Shown here piece by piece: positions 1-14,026 of a stretch of DNA of 64,000 nucleotides. Location: assembly GCF_009914755.1 (NCBI RefSeq), contig NC_060930.1, one strand, 5' to 3'. Source of the stretch: the human T2T-CHM13v2.0 reference genome, Homo sapiens. The stretch's first letter is position 1; the number at the start of each line of letters is the position of its first letter. The notes under the pieces were generated by a model. That model was not told the origin of the DNA. It made no database searches and saw only the letters and a list, made by a program, of their open reading frames with translations. The position numbers were made by a program, and so were the translations under genes.

Positions 1-1050
1 ATCTCTAGAGAAATGCCTGATTTTAGGACGGGTGGAACAAGTCAAGTAAAGATGTGCCTGAGATATTTTGTTGTGCAAGAAACTAAGGAAATGCTTACAA
101 AATGATGGGGACATGTGACAAAGATACAGGATACTGCCATACAAGCTCCAAACATGTAAGACAATTTGAGCAACAAACTAAATAATTACTGTAATGGGTT
201 CAACTTATAGAGTAAACTAATAATCCATGATAAAAATGAACAAATGAATAAAGAAATGGGGGAGAAGGGAACCTCTTTCTTTTTTTATTTTTATTTTTTT
301 ATTATACTTTTAAGTTTTAGGGTACATGTGCACAACGTGCAGGTTAGTCACGTATGTATACATGTGTGGAACCTCTTTCTAACAGTAGAATTCCAGCTAA
401 TAAATGTAGAAGGAATGGCAGAAATAAAAAAGTCACCATTAAACACCACAGTGATGATTGTTGTAGGGAGGAATTAATTGATGATAACATTAGTGGGGAA
501 AAGTGCGGTGAGAAACAGGATATTTACATATTTGCACTAAGTACAAAGGGAAAAATAATAACTTTTCTGTGGAGAAACATGGCAAAAACAACTTGAAGCA
601 GTGTGCTTCCTGATAAACTGTGCAGGGTACATCACTTGTGTTTTATTTCTGCCAAAAATACATACGTTGAATTTAATGATAAGGAAACATCGAACATCAC
701 AGATGGAGGTATATTCACCGGCCAGTGCTCTCTGAGAGTGTCAAGGTCATGAAAAGCAAGGAGAGTGAGGAACTGTTCGAGAGTAAAAGAGACCAGGGCG
801 ACAACAGTGAAATATAGCTTATGATCCTGGATCTGAAATAGGGCATTGAGATAATTGATGCAATTTGAGTAAGCTTTTTAGGCTAGCACTGATACAACAC
901 TATTATGTAATTTCCTGATTTTGATAGTTGTATTCTGGTTATCTAAGATGTTAACATTTGAGAAATATGTGTGAATGGTAGGAATGTTTACTTTTTTTGC
1001 AATGTTTTTGTAAATCCAAAATTATTTAAAAATGAACAGTTAAATATATT
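1..1050 (+). mobile_element. Old L1MC-type (L1MC4-like) 3' region in the last intron of RAB32
   Basis: Degenerate L1MC 3' motifs, e.g. aacagtagaattccagctaataaatgtagaagga and acttttctgtggagaaac, ending in an A-rich tail near 1050. Subfamily from memory. Confidence 0.55.
281..367 (-). mobile_element. Very short 5'-truncated L1PA (tail plus ~65 nt of 3' end)
   Basis: T-rich tail followed by ttatacttttaagttttagggtacatgtgcacaacgtgcagg; perfect 13-bp TSD ggaacctctttct at 268-280 and 368-380. Confidence 0.92.
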
Positions 1051-1677
1051 TAAAAATAAGCACAGTTTTTGCAATGTGTTACCTACTGTATATTTAATGA
1101 TAACTTATAATTCAGTCGCACAAATGCTGTGACGGCTAATAATTCCTTAGGGTGTCCTTAATGGACATTGCACTGACAACATTGTTTCAGGCTAATTTAT
1201 ACATGACAACTAAAAGGAATAATTGGTACTTAGAGATGGAAAAATGACATGATACATTTATCACATTTTAATGTTGTTTGAGCCCTTTCAGTTTTTTTCA
1301 CAGTGTATCCTGACTGCTTGAATTAGATATTCAAGGGCAGGAATTTTTTTATTTGGAATGTCTTCATTATATGAATTGCAGCCCAGAGCAAAGATTCATT
1401 TTCAACCGTCGAGATAGCTCATGGAACCTCAGTGGCAAAGGTTTAAGATAGGAACATCAGAAAAGGTGTCCTTCATAAAAATAAGGGAATTCTTTCCATC
1501 ACCACATTATTCTTTAACATTCAACTCTAAGTGGGCACACACTTTAGTATTAGAGGAAAGTGGCTGTGCACTTGCTGCCACCTCTAACAAATTTTCCTGG
1601 TCCCATTCATACTCTTAATGCCTTATTCTAAGAATTAATCCTAAAAATTAATCCCGTTCTTCATTTCTGCATTACAG

Positions 1678-1827
1678 GATAACATAAACATAGAGGAAGC
1701 TGCCCGGTTCCTAGTGGAGAAGATTCTTGTAAACCACCAAAGCTTTCCTAATGAAGAAAACGATGTGGACAAAATTAAGCTAGATCAAGAGACCTTGAGA
1801 GCAGAGAACAAATCCCAGTGTTGCTGA
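1678..1827 (+). CDS. RAB32: RAB32 last coding exon (Rab GTPase C-terminus)
   Basis: Pyrimidine tract and acceptor (ttcttcatttctgcattacag|GAT). Translates DNINIEEAARFLVEKILVNHQSFPNEENDVDKIKLDQETLRAENKSQCC*, recognised as the RAB32 C-terminus with a terminal CC geranylgeranylation motif. Too short and ATG-less to appear in the ORF track. Confidence 0.96.
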   Translation, partial: DNINIEEAARFLVEKILVNHQSFPNEENDVDKIKLDQETLRAENKSQCC

Positions 1828-2185
1828 TATATGGCTTCTGCTTCTCTTGTGTGTGCCTCAGCTCTGAAGAAGTTCCTGAGAATGGGTTACAGATGTCATG
1901 TTAGCTGGGAGTCTTCCCACATGTGGCACTTCAAAAGGCAGCACCACTGGGCGCCTGCACTTATTTGAAAATGGAACTTTGGGAGAAGTATCCCTGCTAG
2001 TGGCTCTGTAACTTAACAGATGACAATTAGGCTTTTGTCATTGTTGCCATCATATGGAAGATAATGTTTACATCCTTTTAAACATTTTTATATGACAATT
2101 CCTCAGGATTTGGTAAGGCTTCCAAGTTGTAGCTTTTAGTGTAAGTGCTGGGGTGGTAATAAAATGTTACCTCCAGTCTTATGGT
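1828..2185 (+). other. RAB32: RAB32 3' UTR (end approximate)
   Basis: Unique sequence between the TGA (1825-1827) and the AATAAA signal. Confidence 0.8.
2158..2163 (+). terminator. RAB32: RAB32 polyadenylation signal AATAAA
   Basis: ggtAATAAAatgttac followed by a GU/U-rich downstream stretch (cattttgagtcttatttttg). Confidence 0.82.
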
Positions 2186-2307
2186 CATTTTGAGTCTTAT
2201 TTTTGCCACCTTATTGCATCCTCGCTTTTTAGGGGGGTTTTTAGATTCTATTAGCCACGAAGGCTTGAGGTTTCTCTTTAGCGATTTTCTATTCAAAACT
2301 TTGGAAA

Positions 2308-2487
2308 GGCCAGGTATGGTGGCTCATGCCTATAATTCCAGCACTTTAAGAAGGTGAGGCAGGAAGATCACTTGAGCCCAGAAGTTTGAGGTCACAGTGA
2401 GCTATGATTGCACCATGGCACTCCAGCCTGAGCAACAGAGTGAGAACCTCTTTCTTAAAACAAAACAAAGCAAAACAAACAAACAAA
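2308..2487 (+). mobile_element. Alu monomer (FRAM/FAM-like)
   Basis: Single right-arm-type monomer with (CAAA)n tail; degenerate TSD caaaactttggaaa / caaaccttttgaaa. Confidence 0.8.
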
Positions 2488-3165
2488 CCTTTTGAAACTT
2501 CGTGTAAAGTTACTTTCCTTACTTATAACTAACTTAACCATTCATAGCTGGTGTGGCATGTGGTCGCTCTTCTTAAATACATTAAAATGACCTTCTTAAT
2601 GACTGAAAAAGTACTCATAGCACATCTGTATTATGGATGTTTCCTTCTGGATATGGTTACTACCCCTTGGAAACTATATAAATGAGCATTTCTTCTTCTC
2701 TCTCCCTAGTCCTTTCTCTCTTCTTCCTGTGTGTTTATGTTCATAACTGAGGGCCTAAGTGATATGATGGTTGCAATTCTTTCTCAAGTCTGTGATAGCA
2801 ATGGTCAAGGAGAGAAAGTATTTCAAAGCATATACAATTAAATCTGAGCTTCTATAGTATGAATTGTGAAAGACACTAGGTCATGTGTGGTTTTATCTAA
2901 GGGTCGGGACATTTAAAGTATAATATCTAAGAAACTTAAGGCAGATTCACAATATCTGCATTACCATTTAAGCCAATTAATGAAAATAATAAATATTTTG
3001 ACCGAAGTCTTACTTTTGAATTAGTATAATTCTACAATAGAAAGGTAATATGGGATGTACTTTTCTGCCTTAGAAAAATTTGTTAACTTTTGCCTTTTAT
3101 TTTTAAGGGACTTACTTATATCATGTCCAACTTACTGATTTAAGAAAGGTCCAAACTTACTTCTT

Positions 3166-5209
<2,044 letters not shown>

Positions 5210-5354
5210 TCAAATAAAATTGTAAGGGTTTTGTAACACAATCCAAAGCTAATGCAAAATGAGACCTTGACCAAATTTGTTTTATACATTAAGTGAACTT
5301 GGATGGGCAAGATTCATTAATTTATTGAGAACAAAAACAAAACCAAAGCCTAGG

Positions 5355-5485
5355 CTTGGCAAGATCTAATCCCAACACTTTGGTAGGTCAAAGCGGGAGA
5401 ATCTCTTGAGCCCAGGAGTTCAAGACCAGCCTTAGCAACATAGAGAGACCTTGTCTTTACAAAAATCAAAAACAAAAACAAAACA
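5355..5485 (+). mobile_element. Alu left monomer (FLAM-like), degenerate
   Basis: taatcccaacactttgg...gagttcaagaccagcc...tctttacaaaaa. Confidence 0.75.
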
Positions 5486-6524
5486 CTGAAAAACACAGCA
5501 AGAAGTGCATTTGCTTTGACAGCTATGTTCTGGGAATAAATAATAGTTGTCAGGGACGATAAAATGTAGCTCTCTTTTCATTAAACCTAAGTTTTGCCTA
5601 GAAATCACATATATGTTTATATATTATATATTTAAGTAAGAAAAAAACCCTTTTGACCTCTTTGGATATGTATTCTACATATCTACATAGCACCAGATTT
5701 TCTGAAGTGAAAAAGTAAAAGACCCTGATTTAAGTAATATATATCATTTAATGACTATAATATCTGTTTATTTTTTTAAATATTGAATTAACTCTTTCTT
5801 TCTAAAATATGTTTCATACTCCTTAGTTTTTTTCTACTCTAGGTACAACTTTTCAACCTTTTTTATATTTCAAAGTCCAGTGGTATTAAGTATGAAATGG
5901 TGCTTAACCTCAAATGTTAGAAATATAAAGCTTATCCTAAGTAGTTTCTGAAAAGATTGCAATCTGCTTGGAATTTTCTTTTTTATATATTAATTTTCAT
6001 TTTTACAAGAAATCCATTGTGTTTAAATTCCCTTAACAGTACATTCAAAATCAGGAATATTACACTTTCATTGCCCATCTTTACAATTGTTATTAACTTC
6101 TCAGGGTAATTTTAAGCATTGGTAATACCTTAAATAAATTGCTTTTTGTAAACACTTAGATTATTTTTTGTGTGAGATAGTTTATTATATTTACCATTTC
6201 CTACAGCTTAGAAATAAAACTGAGTCACTATTTCACATTACTTTTAAAGTCTTGCCACAATTTGTTTTTATAACTTAAACATAAAATTTGAATTTAGGGT
6301 GAGCTGCATAAATAGCCAAAAGAAAAGAAAGAAGAGAATACTCTGACTTATTTACTTTGAAAAATCAATTGCATATACATGTGTGTATATGTATATATAC
6401 ACACACAGATACACATAAAAACACACTGGATGAGATGCTGGCAAGAAGTACAGAATACCTCATTAATTAAAAGGATTTTTTTTGCATGTGTCTCAGGCAT
6501 CATAAATTTACCAATGTTCTAATT

Positions 6525-6885
6525 ATATCTATATGATTTGTATATGTACATATAAATTGGGTTACATATATATTTTATATGCATATATACATATGTATAC
6601 ATATATGTATACTTATACATATGTACATATATGTATACATAAATAGAAGTATGTATATATAAATGTATATATACATACATTTATATGTATAAATGTGTAC
6701 ATATATGTGTAATATGTATATATAGATGTGTAATATGTATATGCACATATATGTGATACATATGTGTGTATACATGTATGTGCAATTTTATGTGTGTATG
6801 CATACATACTATATATACATACATAAAACATATGTATGTATAATATGTATATTTATAAAGTACATATATATGCATATGTATGTAA
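6525..6885. repeat. Degenerate (TA/TG/CA)n low-complexity array
   Basis: Alternating purine-pyrimidine TATATG/TACA runs, which give rise to the spurious Y/I/H/M-rich ORFs. Confidence 0.9.
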
Positions 6886-7228
6886 CTCAATAATGTTTCT
6901 AAAAGTGACTGTTACCATAAGCTGTGACTTTTCAAAATGTTGTTTGGTTTCCTGAAATATGTACATAAAAGCACCCAATTTGCTTAATGAAAAATCCTGA
7001 GCCTTACTTCAGACTTACTGAGTTAGTTTTGTAGGGATGAGACTCACTCGGAAATCTGCTTTTACAAAATACCTGATGTTCATTTTGGAAAACCTCCTAG
7101 AGTAAATACCGTAGTTACAGTGTTATTCAGTTTGAAATCTATCATATTATTCAAAACATGAACACTCTTAAATTATAGCACTTTCATTCCCATTTGTAAA
7201 TCATTGTTATTAAAAAGCCTGAATATCT

Positions 7229-7303
7229 GGAGCCTGCAGTGAGCCGAGATCGTGCCACTGCACTCCAGCCTGGGCGACAGTGCAAGACTCCATCTTAAAA
7301 AAA
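7229..7303 (+). mobile_element. 5'-truncated Alu (AluY-like 3' end)
   Basis: ggagcctgcagtgagccgagatcgtgccactgcactccagcctgggcgacag plus A tail; perfect 17-bp TSD aaaaagcctgaatatct at 7212-7228 and 7304-7320. Confidence 0.93.
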
Positions 7304-7339
7304 AAAAAGCCTGAATATCTTAAACCATGGACAAACAGT

Positions 7340-7900
7340 ATAAATTTGCTTCCATCCACTGAAGAAAACAGAAGCTAAAGGGTTCTGATAGGCTGGACTA
7401 ATCTACAAATATTGTTGCTAAAGCTGGCTAGCTATTTGGAATAAAAAGTCACCTTTCTATCTCACTGCTTCCCAAATTGATACAATATAGAAAATAGCCT
7501 AAATGTAAAAACAAGAAATAAAGCTACAAAAAAATTAGCATACATGGGAAAAAAATTGATATTGGGCTAAGAAAATCCTGAATTCTCAAATGCTGAAAGC
7601 AAGGAGGAAAAGATGATAGATACATTTGATTACATCAAAATATCTGGTATAGCAAGATGATATAAACAAAAGTGTAACAAGCAACAGACAAAATATTTGT
7701 AACCTGTTTAATTTTGTAAGGGCTAATAAGGGGTATTAAGAAAACTAAGAAAAGAAACAAAAGATGTAAAACAAGTATTTTATGGAAGAGGCAAGTCTTA
7801 GGAAATGTTTTATAAACTCAATAAAGTAAGGTGTTATTAGATTCACAAAGAATGTGTAAGGTTGATTATATCTCTGATATTTGTGAACATACATAGAAAA
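7340..7900 (+). mobile_element. Highly decayed L1M ORF2 fragment
   Basis: Residual L1 motifs (ggctagctatttgg, tttgattacatcaaaat, aaaatatttgtaacc). Confidence 0.45.
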
Positions 7901-8315
7901 ATAGGTATTCACAATCTACCATTAGACTAAATTTATTTTAATAATTACTACCAAGATTCCCTGCAAAATTGCTATTCAGTTTACACTCTTAGTACGTGTC
8001 TTGCCAAGAAGAGGAACTGTTACTGTGGGGAAATAGAATTAAAAACAAAATCCCTTTCCAATACATAAAACTTCTTCACAAAGACAGAATAGAAAGGAAG
8101 TGGTTTTATTATTGAATAAGTACTAAAGCAGAATGTGATATGCACTACAGGGAATACTGTAAGACACTGCAAAGATGGAAATCTTATTCTTTTTATGACC
8201 CACAGATTCAATACATTACATACATGTTGTCAAGCTAATCTAGTGCTTAATCAAATAACAGTCATTTTCTATGCAGAGTTCATTTTAAATTCACTTGGTA
8301 ATTGAGATGATGATC

Positions 8316-9770
8316 TGTGTTAACCAGCTGGCTTTATCTAAAGGAAAACTCAACTTCTTATATCTTTATGCCAGATGGTAGATTTGCAACTTGGTGCCAG
8401 GTGCCCAGCAAGGTTAGGCTCCTACCCTCCTACAGAAACTGGGAGATAGGGCCACTGTCTTCCTACATTTCAAAGAGATGGTACTCCCCGGCCCCAGAGA
8501 AAGCTAGAAAGAGGGTAATTTAGTTTTTTGTTTGTTTGTTTGTTAATTTTATTTTATTATTATTATACTTTAAGTTTTAGGGTACATGTGCACAACGTGC
8601 AGATTTGTTACATATGTATACATGTGCCATGTTGGTGTGTGCACCCATTAACCCATCATTTAGCGTTAGGGATTTAAAAAAAAAAACAACTTATTCTCGA
8701 TTCAATCAACTGGAATAAAGGGTATCAGTGATGGAAGATCAAATGAATGAAATGAAGCGAGAAGTTTAGAGAAAAAAGAATAAAAAGAAACGAACCAAGC
8801 CTCCAAGAAATATGGGACTATGTGAAAAGACCAAATCTACGTCTGATTGGTGTTCCTGAAAGTGACAGGGAGATTGGAACCAAGCTGGAAAACACTCTGC
8901 AGGATATTATCCAGGAGAACTTCCTGAATCTAGCAAGGCAGGCCAACATTCAAATTCAGGAAATACAGAGAATGCCACAAAGATACTCCTCGAGAAGAGC
9001 AACTCCAAGACACATAATTGTCAGATTTACCAAAGTTGAAATGAAGGAAAAAATGTTAAGGGCAGCCAGAGAGAAAGGTCTGGTTACCCAGAAAGGGAAG
9101 CCCATCAGACTAACAGCTGATCTCTCGGCAGAAACTCTACAAGCCAGAAGAGAGTGGGGGCCAATATTCAACATCTTAAAGAAAATAATTTTCAACCCAG
9201 AATTTCATATCCAGCCAAACTAAGCTTCATAAGTGAAGGAGAAATAAAATACTTTACAAACAAGCAAATGTTGAGAGATTTTGTCACCACCAGGCCTGCC
9301 CTAAAAGAGCTCCTGAAGGAAGCACTAAACATGGAAAGGAACAACCGGTACCAGCCACTGCAAAAACATGCCAAATTGTAAAGACCATCAAGGCTAGGAA
9401 GAAACTGCATCAACTAACGAGCAAAATAACCAGCTAACATCATAATGACAGGATCAAATTCACACATGACAATATTAACCTTAAATGTAAATGAGCTAAA
9501 TGCTCCAATTAAAAGACACAGACTGGCAAATTGGATAAAGAGTCAAGACCCACCAGTGTGCTGTATTCAGGAAACCCATCCCACGTGCAGAGACACACAT
9601 AGGCTCAGAATAAAGGGTAATTCAGTTTTTAAAAAGATGTGCATGCATTTCAAAGAGACAAAGAACTTGAAAGGTTTCTAATGTAGATATTCTCAGAAAA
9701 GGGTGAGTGAGGTTTGGGATGGGCAGCTGGGAGAATCTCTTTTCTTATTTTCACCAGAGAGAATTAAGCC
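8316..9770. mobile_element. ERV LTR relic (possibly MER67-like) split by an L1PA insertion
   Basis: gttaggctcctaccctcc...gggagatagggcc...ttcctacatttcaaagagatgg, continuing after the L1 TSD. Family from memory only. Confidence 0.4.
8529..9613 (-). mobile_element. Rearranged (5'-inverted) L1PA: minus-strand 3' end, filler, then plus-strand ORF1/ORF2-start segment
   Basis: 8529-8670 is L1 tail and 3' end (minus); 8698-9617 is ORF1 C-half, inter-ORF spacer and ORF2 start MTGSNSH (plus). TSD agggtaatt[t/c]agttttt at 8512-8528 and 9614-9630. Confidence 0.9.
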
Positions 9771-11597
9771 TCTTATTTTTTATTTGTATTTGCCCTTACT
9801 GTCAACACTACATATATATCTGTGTGTACGAGGAGGATAGAGAAGTCTGTTCACTGCAGCATTGCTCGTATATACGTCATGCAAAATTAAAACTTGGAAA
9901 GAACTAAATGCTCATGTATAGGGGAGAAATAAAGTGGACAATTACATATCCATACTAGGAGATACTGTGCAGCAGTATAATAACATTTATATAAAAACAT
10001 GTATAAGAATTTTAAGGCTTTGTAACCATTTGGAAAGATACATACCAAATTCCTGATGGCAATTGTAGAGGACTGGAATTGGGAATGTTGGTCAAGGCCG
10101 ACTTTAGCTTTTTAGATAAAGTTTACATATTATGGCAATGTATTATAGTTGACAATTCATTTTACACTGGTCACTGTGTTTGCTACACTATACTGAAAAG
10201 GAGAATTCCCATTTGGAACTTGATGCTTTATAAAAATAACTGGTTTGAATTATCTTACATTTTATTAGATTTAATGACATCAATGATTTTGTGCTTTTTA
10301 GATTTCGCATATATCAGTTAACTTCTTTAAGATAAATAGCTGGAATTATCAGCTCAGTAAAAATGTCCATTTGCATGGTTGAATTTGTTGTTGCTCACTG
10401 TAGTCATTGTTTAAGAATAGATAACTGAGCAATTTAAAGAACAGGCTTTATATAGATATAAAATCATATCAACTACCCATTTCTTCTACATAGATTTCTG
10501 TTTTGAAAGATGAGCATATAACAGCATGATTCTTCTTATTTCTAATTCATCAACTAATGTGTATATGTGGAAGGAGGAGAAGGAAGTAGGAGTATGGATG
10601 ATAGAGTTTGGAGTTACATATAAAGTATTGCTGATACTTTTTATATATTAGTTATTCAATCTGCTGCCTCTGAAAAGTCACTTGAACACCACCTAGTATT
10701 GTTCCACAAGTCCATCAGCATTTTCCAAATCAAATCCATTATCTTAAGATCTTTCCACTGCTAAATATTCCCTAGAGGATAGTTTATATATTATAATTTA
10801 AATAAATTATGATTCTATTCACTCCAAGATAACATATAATGGTATATTTTCATGGTATAATTATTTTGCTGAATTTTTTGAACCACATTAAATTTATAGC
10901 TGCCATTTCCCTCCCTTTATATAAACTTTGATTTTGAGTCTTTAGTGTATCGTTAGTCCTGCTGTTAAATTGTGACTTGGGAGCCTACAAAACTTTAAAG
11001 GAATAAAGCAAGTGTTTTAGATAAAGTCTTATAATAATGTTGGTGGACTCTTGCTTCAATTTTAATTCAACATACTGTTTTATTTGTCATCTGGGGTTAA
11101 AGAACAATACCTGTGGAATTCTTTATTTTATTGATTATAAGCTTTTAGATAATCTCCAAAAACTTTTCTCTTATAGAAATTTTGTGCTGTAAAGTACCAT
11201 AGTACTCCTGTGCTGGTGATTCAGAATAATTTTAATAGCTTGGAGTAGAATCTAATTTTTCATAGCATAACACCTTTAAAAATTGAATATATACTCTAGG
11301 CTGTTTGTGGTACCACCTGAGAATATTTCTATCCAATCCTGTTTAACAGGATGATGATTTAGTGATAAATTCAATACACATTGCTAACAATGTAGAATAT
11401 GTGCAGTAATTGACCTTATCCAGAAAGCAGTTACGGTTAAAATAGAAATTTTATGACAGGATTCATATGTAAGCCAGTCCTCAGGTACACACAATGCTAA
11501 GCATATGACATTCTCAAGTAATGGTCACTGCTACCCCAAAATGAGCTTATGTTCAAACATTTAAAGAAACATTTCAGTATAAGATTAAGGTTGATTA

Positions 11598-11907
11598 GGC
11601 TAGGCGTGGTGGCTCCCGCCTGTAATCCCAGCACTTTGGGAAGCCAAGGCGGGTGGATCATGAGGTCGGGAGATCGAGACCATCCTGGCCAACATGGTAA
11701 AACCCTGTCTCTACTAAAAACACAGAAATTAGCCAGGCATGGTGGTGTTCACCTGTAGTCCCAGCTACTCAGGAGGCTGAGGCAGGAGAATCGCTTGAAC
11801 CCAGAATCTGGGAGGCAGATGTTGCAGTGAGCGCAGAGATGGCGCCACTGCACTCCAGCCTGGGTGACAGAGCAAGACTCCGTCCCCCCAACAACAACAA
11901 AAAAAAA
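11598..11907 (+). mobile_element. Full-length Alu (AluSc-like)
   Basis: Dimeric Alu; TSD attaagg[t/c]tgatta at 11584-11597 and 11908-11921. Confidence 0.93.
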
Positions 11908-12831
11908 ATTAAGGCTGATTACTGAATCAATGCTAAATTTAATATGTTCCAATATTTTTCATGCATTTATATATTAAAATATTCATTTTTTCCCACTCTA
12001 CATTTTTAACTACAAAGGGAGCATGAAATAAATACTTCACTCTGTAGCAGACTTTTCAGGTATTTCACAACTGAATGAAAGTCTTCAAAGATGAATTTAC
12101 TCCATGTATATTTTAAGATAGCCCTAGACGGAGTGAGTTAAGCTGAATCCTGAGTACATGGAATCCATTGCTATACCCAGCTCCTTTAATTCATTGTTAT
12201 TTATTGCTGTCCTGACTTGTGAGTGCAGACAGAGTCTGATGTGATAACTTCTTTTCAAAGCTGTGGACGTTCATGGACACGAACTACCACTGAAATATCA
12301 GCACCCAAATGCTGTACTTGTAATTCAGAGAAGACAACTAAAGGTTTATTTTCTCCTTTAATTCACCATGCAATAAATGAAATCAATAGAGAAAGAAGAG
12401 AAGTTAATACCTTCTTTTCTCATTAATGAGCTGGACAAGCTTCCAAATGACTACCTCTAGTAGTGATATTTTTGGAACTGCATACAATGAGAGTCTGTCT
12501 TTTAACCTTTACTAAATGACATATTTGTAAGTGCATGTTTGAAGCCCTCTTGTTCTTTTAAAATCAAGGTTAATCATGAACTTGAAGGTAAAAAGAAACA
12601 TCATCTGTCAAATGAAGTTGTCTATAAGTGTCACCCACTCACGTTGCTTATGTTAGAGAAAAAATTTTAGTAAGATCCCACTAAGTACTTAGATGCAATT
12701 TTTCATTCTCTTCCCAGCCTGCATGTTGTAAGTGAAATATCCAATATGTCATGGCTGGTTAATTCTTCTCTAACCTTTGTCTTAGGTGTCACTTTAAAAT
12801 GTGGGAACTCAATATTTCTAAAACAGAATTG

Positions 12832-13209
12832 GTATCTTAGTCCATTTTCTTCTAGCTTATAACAAAATACCCCAAACTGGGTAATTTATAAGAAAAAAAA
12901 TATTACTTACAATTCTGGAGTCTGGGAAGTCCAGGGTCAAGGGGCTGCATCTGGTTTGGGTCTTCTTGCTAGCGAGGACTCTCTGTGGGGTCCTGTGGTA
13001 GTGAAGGACATCACATAGCAAGGGAGCTGAGCATGCTATTCCAGGCCTCTCTTCCTCTTCTTATAAAGCCACCAGTCCCACTCCTGTGATAACTCGTTAA
13101 TACATTAATCCATGGATCACCTCTTAAAGGCCCATCTCTCAATACTAACACCTTGGGGATTAAGTTTCAACATGAATTTTGGAGATGACAAACATTCAAA
13201 CTATAGCAA
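12832..13209 (-). mobile_element. MaLR solo LTR (MST/MLT1A-like)
   Basis: gtatcttagtccatt...aaactgggtaatttataag...cattcaaactatagca. Confidence 0.8.
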
Positions 13210-13239
13210 TTATTATATACCTTCAATATTGGTCTGTTC

Positions 13240-13515
13240 AGGATACCAAAAAACCCACAAAAACCAATACACAGGATCAAAACAAAAATTTAGTTTTTTG
13301 AAATAAAAAAATTGATAGATCACTAGCTAGACTGAACAAAAAAAAGAATTAAATAAGCACAATTAGAAATGATAAAGGTGACATTGCAACTGATACTGCA
13401 GAAATAGAAAAGATCATTAGAGACTACTGTGAGTATATCTACATACAAACTAGAAAACCTAGAGGAAATTGATAAATTCCTGGACACATAAAACCTCTCA
13501 AGATTGAATTTTTTT
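13240..13515 (+). mobile_element. L1 ORF2 fragment
   Basis: aattagaaatgataaaggtgacattgcaactgat...ctagaaaacctagaggaaattgataaattcctgg. Confidence 0.8.
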
Positions 13516-13620
13516 AATGAAACAATTATTTAAAAATGAGACTTGCGAGAATCAGGAGCATACAGCAGATCCACCCTGTTATGGGTTGAATTGTGTTCCC
13601 CTAAAAGACATGTTGAAGTC

Positions 13621-13972
13621 TGATGTGCTTTGGCTGTGCCCCCACCCAAATCTCATCTTGAATTGTAGTTCCCATAATCCCTATGTGTTGCAGGAGGTAG
13701 CCTGTGGGAGATAATTGAATCATGGGAGTGGTTTCCCCCATACTGTTTTCATGGTAGTGAATAAGTCTCACAAGATCTGAGGATTTTATAAGAGGAAACC
13801 CTTTTTGCTTGATTTTAATTCTGTCCTACCTGCTGCCATGTAACACGTGCGTTTTGCCTTTCACCATGATTGTGAGGCCTCCCCAGCCACGTGGAACTGA
13901 GTCTATTATTTCTTTACAAATCACCCAGTCTTGGACTTGTCTTTCTCAGCAGCATGAAAACAGACTAATACA
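13621..13972 (+). mobile_element. THE1 solo LTR
   Basis: tgatgtgctttggctgtgcccccacccaaatctcatcttgaattgtag...cagactaataca; 5-bp TSD aagtc/cagtc. Confidence 0.88.
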
Positions 13973-14026
13973 CAGTCCCAACCTCCAGTACCTCAGAATG
14001 TGATCTTATTTGAAAATAGCGTGGTT

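Noticed and set aside
6575-6890. Y/I/H/M-rich ORFs
   Set aside because: Translation of a TA/TG simple repeat.
8822-9681. ORF1p-like ORFs as a domesticated L1 gene
   Set aside because: Partial, frameshifted near 9180, and part of an inverted L1 insertion with no promoter or splice evidence.
10150-12830. AT-rich unique intergenic DNA as possible enhancers or RNA genes (likewise 28150-29800 and 60300-61300)
   Set aside because: No tRNA, snRNA or other recognisable structure seen; regulatory function cannot be supported without conservation or chromatin data.
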